Assembly (NCBI GenBank): GCA_964449375.1
Contig: CAYVAS010000008.1
Location: 2,172-66,171 of the forward strand
Reading direction: 5' to 3'
Source of the DNA: an uncultured Iamiaceae bacterium
GTDB taxonomy: Bacteria; Actinomycetota; Acidimicrobiia; Acidimicrobiales; Iamiaceae
Length of the DNA stretch: 64,000 nucleotides
Below are positions 61,418 through 64,000 of the stretch, piece after piece; the first letter of the stretch is position 1, and each line of letters starts with the position of its first letter. The notes beneath the pieces were generated by a model that worked only from the letters and a program-made list of their open reading frames with translations, did no database searches and was not told the origin of the DNA. A program made the translations under genes and the position numbers.

Positions 61418-62410
61418 TCAGGCCCCGTGGGCTCCGAGCCGTTCGGCGACCACCTCACGCACGCAGCCCAGGGTGTCGGTGAAGGAGCGTTCCTCACCGA
61501 AGCGGTCCGACAACGACACCGTCTCGGCCCGGTCGGCAACCCCGTCGTAGACCGCTCCGGCCACCACGAACACCGGCACGTCATGGGCCGCCGCGGCCTC
61601 CACGATGCCGCCCACGACCTTGCCCTCGTAGGACGCCGCGTCGACGAACCCCTCGCCGGTGACGACCAGGTCGACTTCGGCGAGCAGCTCGTCCAGGTCG
61701 ACCTCGGTGGCCACCACCTCGAAACCCGAGGCCAGCTCGGCGCCGAGCACGGCCAGTCCCCCGGCGAGACCGCCGGCGGCTCCGGCGTGGGCCAGGTTTG
61801 CCACGTCCACGCCGAAGGTGTCGCGGTAGTGCTCGGCGGTGGCCTGCAGGCGGCGTTCCAACAGGCGGACCTGGGTGGGGGTCGCGCCCTTCTGGGGGGC
61901 GAAACGACCCGGCGCATCGTGGAAGCCGATGTCCACGTCGCAAGCGGCCAGCAGTTCGGCACCTGCCAGCCGGGCGGGGTCGGCCACGGCCTGGACCGCG
62001 CCCAGCCCTCCGTCGGTGGTCGCGGAGCCGCCCAGACCGATCACGATCCGGTGGGCACCCGCCCCCGCGGCGGCCAGGAGCAGCTCACCGGTGCCGGTGG
62101 TGTCGGCGACCAGCGGGTCGTTGCCCTCGGCGCCGCCGACCAGGTCGAGGCCCGAGGCGCGGGCCATCTCGATCACCGCCACGTTCCGGGACAGTCGCCA
62201 ACCGGCCTGCACCGGATCGCCCAAGGGGCCGGTGACCCGGGTGGTGCGGTTCACCCCGCCGAAGACCTCGAGCAGGCCTTCGCCGCCGTCCGAAAAGGGT
62301 TGTTCACGCGCGTCCCAGCCCGCCTCCCAGGCGGCCTCGCCGATGGCGGCGGCGACCTCGCCGGCGGTGGCGGTGCCACGGAACTTGTCGGGAGCGGCCA
62401 GGACTCGCAT
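61418..62410 (-). CDS. Glycerate kinase
   Basis: MRVLAAPDKFRGTATAGEVAAAI...PFSDGGEGLL and the C-terminal VVTGEGFVDAASYEGKVVGG. Confidence 0.88.
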   Translation of the reverse strand: MRVLAAPDKFRGTATAGEVAAAIGEAAWEAGWDAREQPFSDGGEGLLEVFGGVNRTTRVTGPLGDPVQAGWRLSRNVAVIEMARASGLDLVGGAEGNDPLVADTTGTGELLLAAAGAGAHRIVIGLGGSATTDGGLGAVQAVADPARLAGAELLAACDVDIGFHDAPGRFAPQKGATPTQVRLLERRLQATAEHYRDTFGVDVANLAHAGAAGGLAGGLAVLGAELASGFEVVATEVDLDELLAEVDLVVTGEGFVDAASYEGKVVGGIVEAAAAHDVPVFVVAGAVYDGVADRAETVSLSDRFGEERSFTDTLGCVREVVAERLGAHGA

Positions 62411-62457
62411 CGTCGTACCAGTCTGCCTGCTCCGGTGGCGCCCCTAGTCTGGAGCGG

Positions 62458-63873
62458 GTGACCGAGCGTGGCGTGGTGGTGGTGTCCAACCGGGGACCGG
62501 TGTCGTTCCGTCGGGATGACACCGGCGAGCTGACGGCCCGGCGGGGCGCCGGGGGGCTGGTGTCGGGGCTGTCACCGCTGATGCGTCGGGAGGACCGGGT
62601 GTGGATCGCGGCCGCGCTGTCCGACGCGGACCGCGAGGCGGTTGCCGGGGCACCCGAGGCGGCCGATCCGGCCACTTCGACGGTGCCGCACCGTCGGGTC
62701 GAGATCGACGGCATCACCGCGGTGCTGGCGGGCATCGACGCCGCGGACCTGGCGGCCAGCTACGACCAGGTGTGCAACGCGACGCTGTGGTTCGTCCACC
62801 ACCACCTGTTCGGGTTGGCCGACGAGCCGAACTTCGACCGTGCCTGGTTCGCCGCCTGGGAAGCCTACGAGCGGGTCAACGCGGCCTTCGCCGACCTGGT
62901 CGTCGAGATCGCCCCGCCCGACGCGGCGGTGCTGATCCAGGACTACCACCTGTATCTGGTGGCCGAGTCGGTCGCCCGGCGGCGCCCCGATGTGTCCCTG
63001 GTGCACTTCGGGCACACCCCCTTCGCCGAGCCGCACCAGTTCGCGGTGCTGCCCGACACGGTGCGCGCCCGGATCCTGGCCGGACTGGCCGCCCACCGGG
63101 CCTGCGGGTTCCACACCGATGCGTGGCGTTCGGCGTTTCTGGCGTGCTGCGCCGCGGACGGGGTCGATCCGCCCCGGACCTTTGTTGCTCCCCTGGGCCC
63201 CGACGCCGACGACCTGACCGCCACCCGGGACTCCGACGCCTGCGCCAGGGCCGGCGCGGATCTCGAGGCGCGCGTCGGATCCCGTGCCGTGATCGCCCGG
63301 TCCGAACGCATCGAGCTGTCCAAGAACCTGGTGCGCGGCTTTCTGGCCTTCGACACGCTCCTGGAACGGCACCCCGAGTGGCGGAACGAGGTGGTGTTCG
63401 TCGCGTCGGTGTACCCGTCGCGGGAAGCGGTGCCCGCCTACGCCGCCTACCGCCGCAGCGTCGAGGACACCGTCGCGCAGATCAACGAGCGTTGGGGCAC
63501 CGGGTCCTGGACGCCGATCCTGCTGGACACCGAGGACCACTTCCCCACCACGGTGGCCACCCTGGCCCGGGCCGACGTGGTGCTGGTCAACCCGATCCGT
63601 GACGGGCTCAACCTGGTGGCGTCCGAGGCGATGCTCATCAACCAACGCGACGCGTTGTTGGCGCTCAGCCCCCAGGCGGGGGTCCATGAGCTGCTGGGCG
63701 AGGCCGCCACACCGGTGCACCCCTACGACCTGGTCCAGACCGCCGAGGCGCTGCACGACCTGCTGGTGATGCCGGTGGCGGAACGGCGCGCCACCGCCGC
63801 AGGTCTGCGGATGCTCGCCGCGGCGCGCACCCCGGCGGACTGGCTGGCCGACCAGCTTCATGCCACCCACTGA
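62458..63873 (+). CDS. otsA: Alpha,alpha-trehalose-phosphate synthase (GT20)
   Basis: VVVSNRGPVSF, DYHLYLV, HFGHTPF, RSERIELSKNL and VNPIRDGLNLVASEA. GTG 62458 is preceded by GGAG. Confidence 0.92.
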   Translation: MTERGVVVVSNRGPVSFRRDDTGELTARRGAGGLVSGLSPLMRREDRVWIAAALSDADREAVAGAPEAADPATSTVPHRRVEIDGITAVLAGIDAADLAASYDQVCNATLWFVHHHLFGLADEPNFDRAWFAAWEAYERVNAAFADLVVEIAPPDAAVLIQDYHLYLVAESVARRRPDVSLVHFGHTPFAEPHQFAVLPDTVRARILAGLAAHRACGFHTDAWRSAFLACCAADGVDPPRTFVAPLGPDADDLTATRDSDACARAGADLEARVGSRAVIARSERIELSKNLVRGFLAFDTLLERHPEWRNEVVFVASVYPSREAVPAYAAYRRSVEDTVAQINERWGTGSWTPILLDTEDHFPTTVATLARADVVLVNPIRDGLNLVASEAMLINQRDALLALSPQAGVHELLGEAATPVHPYDLVQTAEALHDLLVMPVAERRATAAGLRMLAAARTPADWLADQLHATH

Positions 63874-63910
63874 CGACCGATCAGCCGCGGGTGTGGGTCC
63901 CGGGCCGGCT

Positions 63911-64000
63911 CAGGTGACCGGCAGCAGGCTCCGCAGCAACGCCACGGCCTCGTGGGGCCCGTCCACCGCAGCATCCGCGGCGGCGAGCACCGCGGCGGGG
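63911..64000 (-). CDS. 3' end of an unidentified minus-strand gene; the rest lies outside the window
   Basis: The stop codon is TGA (plus-strand tca at 63911-63913). The upstream frame reads ...PAAVLAAADAAVDGPHEAVALLRSLLPVT with coding-like codon bias. The fragment is too short to assign. Confidence 0.35.

Noticed and set aside
1-64000. CRISPR arrays, rRNA genes, IS elements or transposases, prophage genes, toxin-antitoxin pairs
   Set aside because: I saw no regularly spaced direct repeats, no rRNA-like conserved segments, and no transposase, integrase or phage-structural motifs in any frame of the ORF track. The DUF222-HNH gene is the only selfish-element-like CDS, and it lacks flanking inverted repeats.

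Overview
This is a high-GC, densely coding chromosomal segment of actinobacterial type. My hand counts of typical 60-nt lines give about 70% G+C. I can support roughly 60 CDS and 2 tRNAs (Ala-CGC and Arg-CCT). I found no rRNA, CRISPR array, transposase or integrase.

Most genes are housekeeping: pepN, fdx/fdR, a glutaryl-CoA dehydrogenase-like gene, moaC, galU, hisE-hisG, tldD-pmbA, dxs, Nfu, an M50 protease, hemY/cgoX, lnt, otsA and glycerate kinase. Many operon junctions use 4-nt start/stop overlaps (GTGA, ATGA, TTGA).

The long alternative-frame ORFs in the supplied track are Arg/Gly/Pro-rich off-frame artefacts typical of high-GC DNA. Several true genes sit at the 3' ends of over-extended ORFs, and I re-derived their starts. 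One real gene is missing from the track because it runs off the window edge: a partial RipA-like NlpC/P60 peptidase at 1..1202 (-).

The parts most worth a second look are:
- A 1278-aa single ORF that joins a GAF-like/LuxR regulator to a complete LAL-type (AAA+/TPR/LuxR) regulator, giving two LuxR helix-turn-helix (HTH) domains in one protein.
- An Lnt homologue with no Cys in its CN-hydrolase domain (Ser at the expected nucleophile position). It heads an overlapping GT4 / SAM-methyltransferase / QW-repeat toroid operon.
- A lower-GC islet carrying an XhoI/PaeR7I-like Type II R-M pair, inserted between a LarE-like PP-loop gene and a MoaD/ThiS-like gene.
- A same-strand sulfatase / EEP (SMase-like) / NTP_transf_5 / LIP-lipase cluster next to tRNA-Arg and an NPP phosphodiesterase.
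- A HelD-like helicase translationally coupled to a GT-C membrane glycosyltransferase.
- A perfect 16-bp inverted repeat in a convergent intergenic gap.

All functional calls rest on motif recognition by eye. No database search was run.
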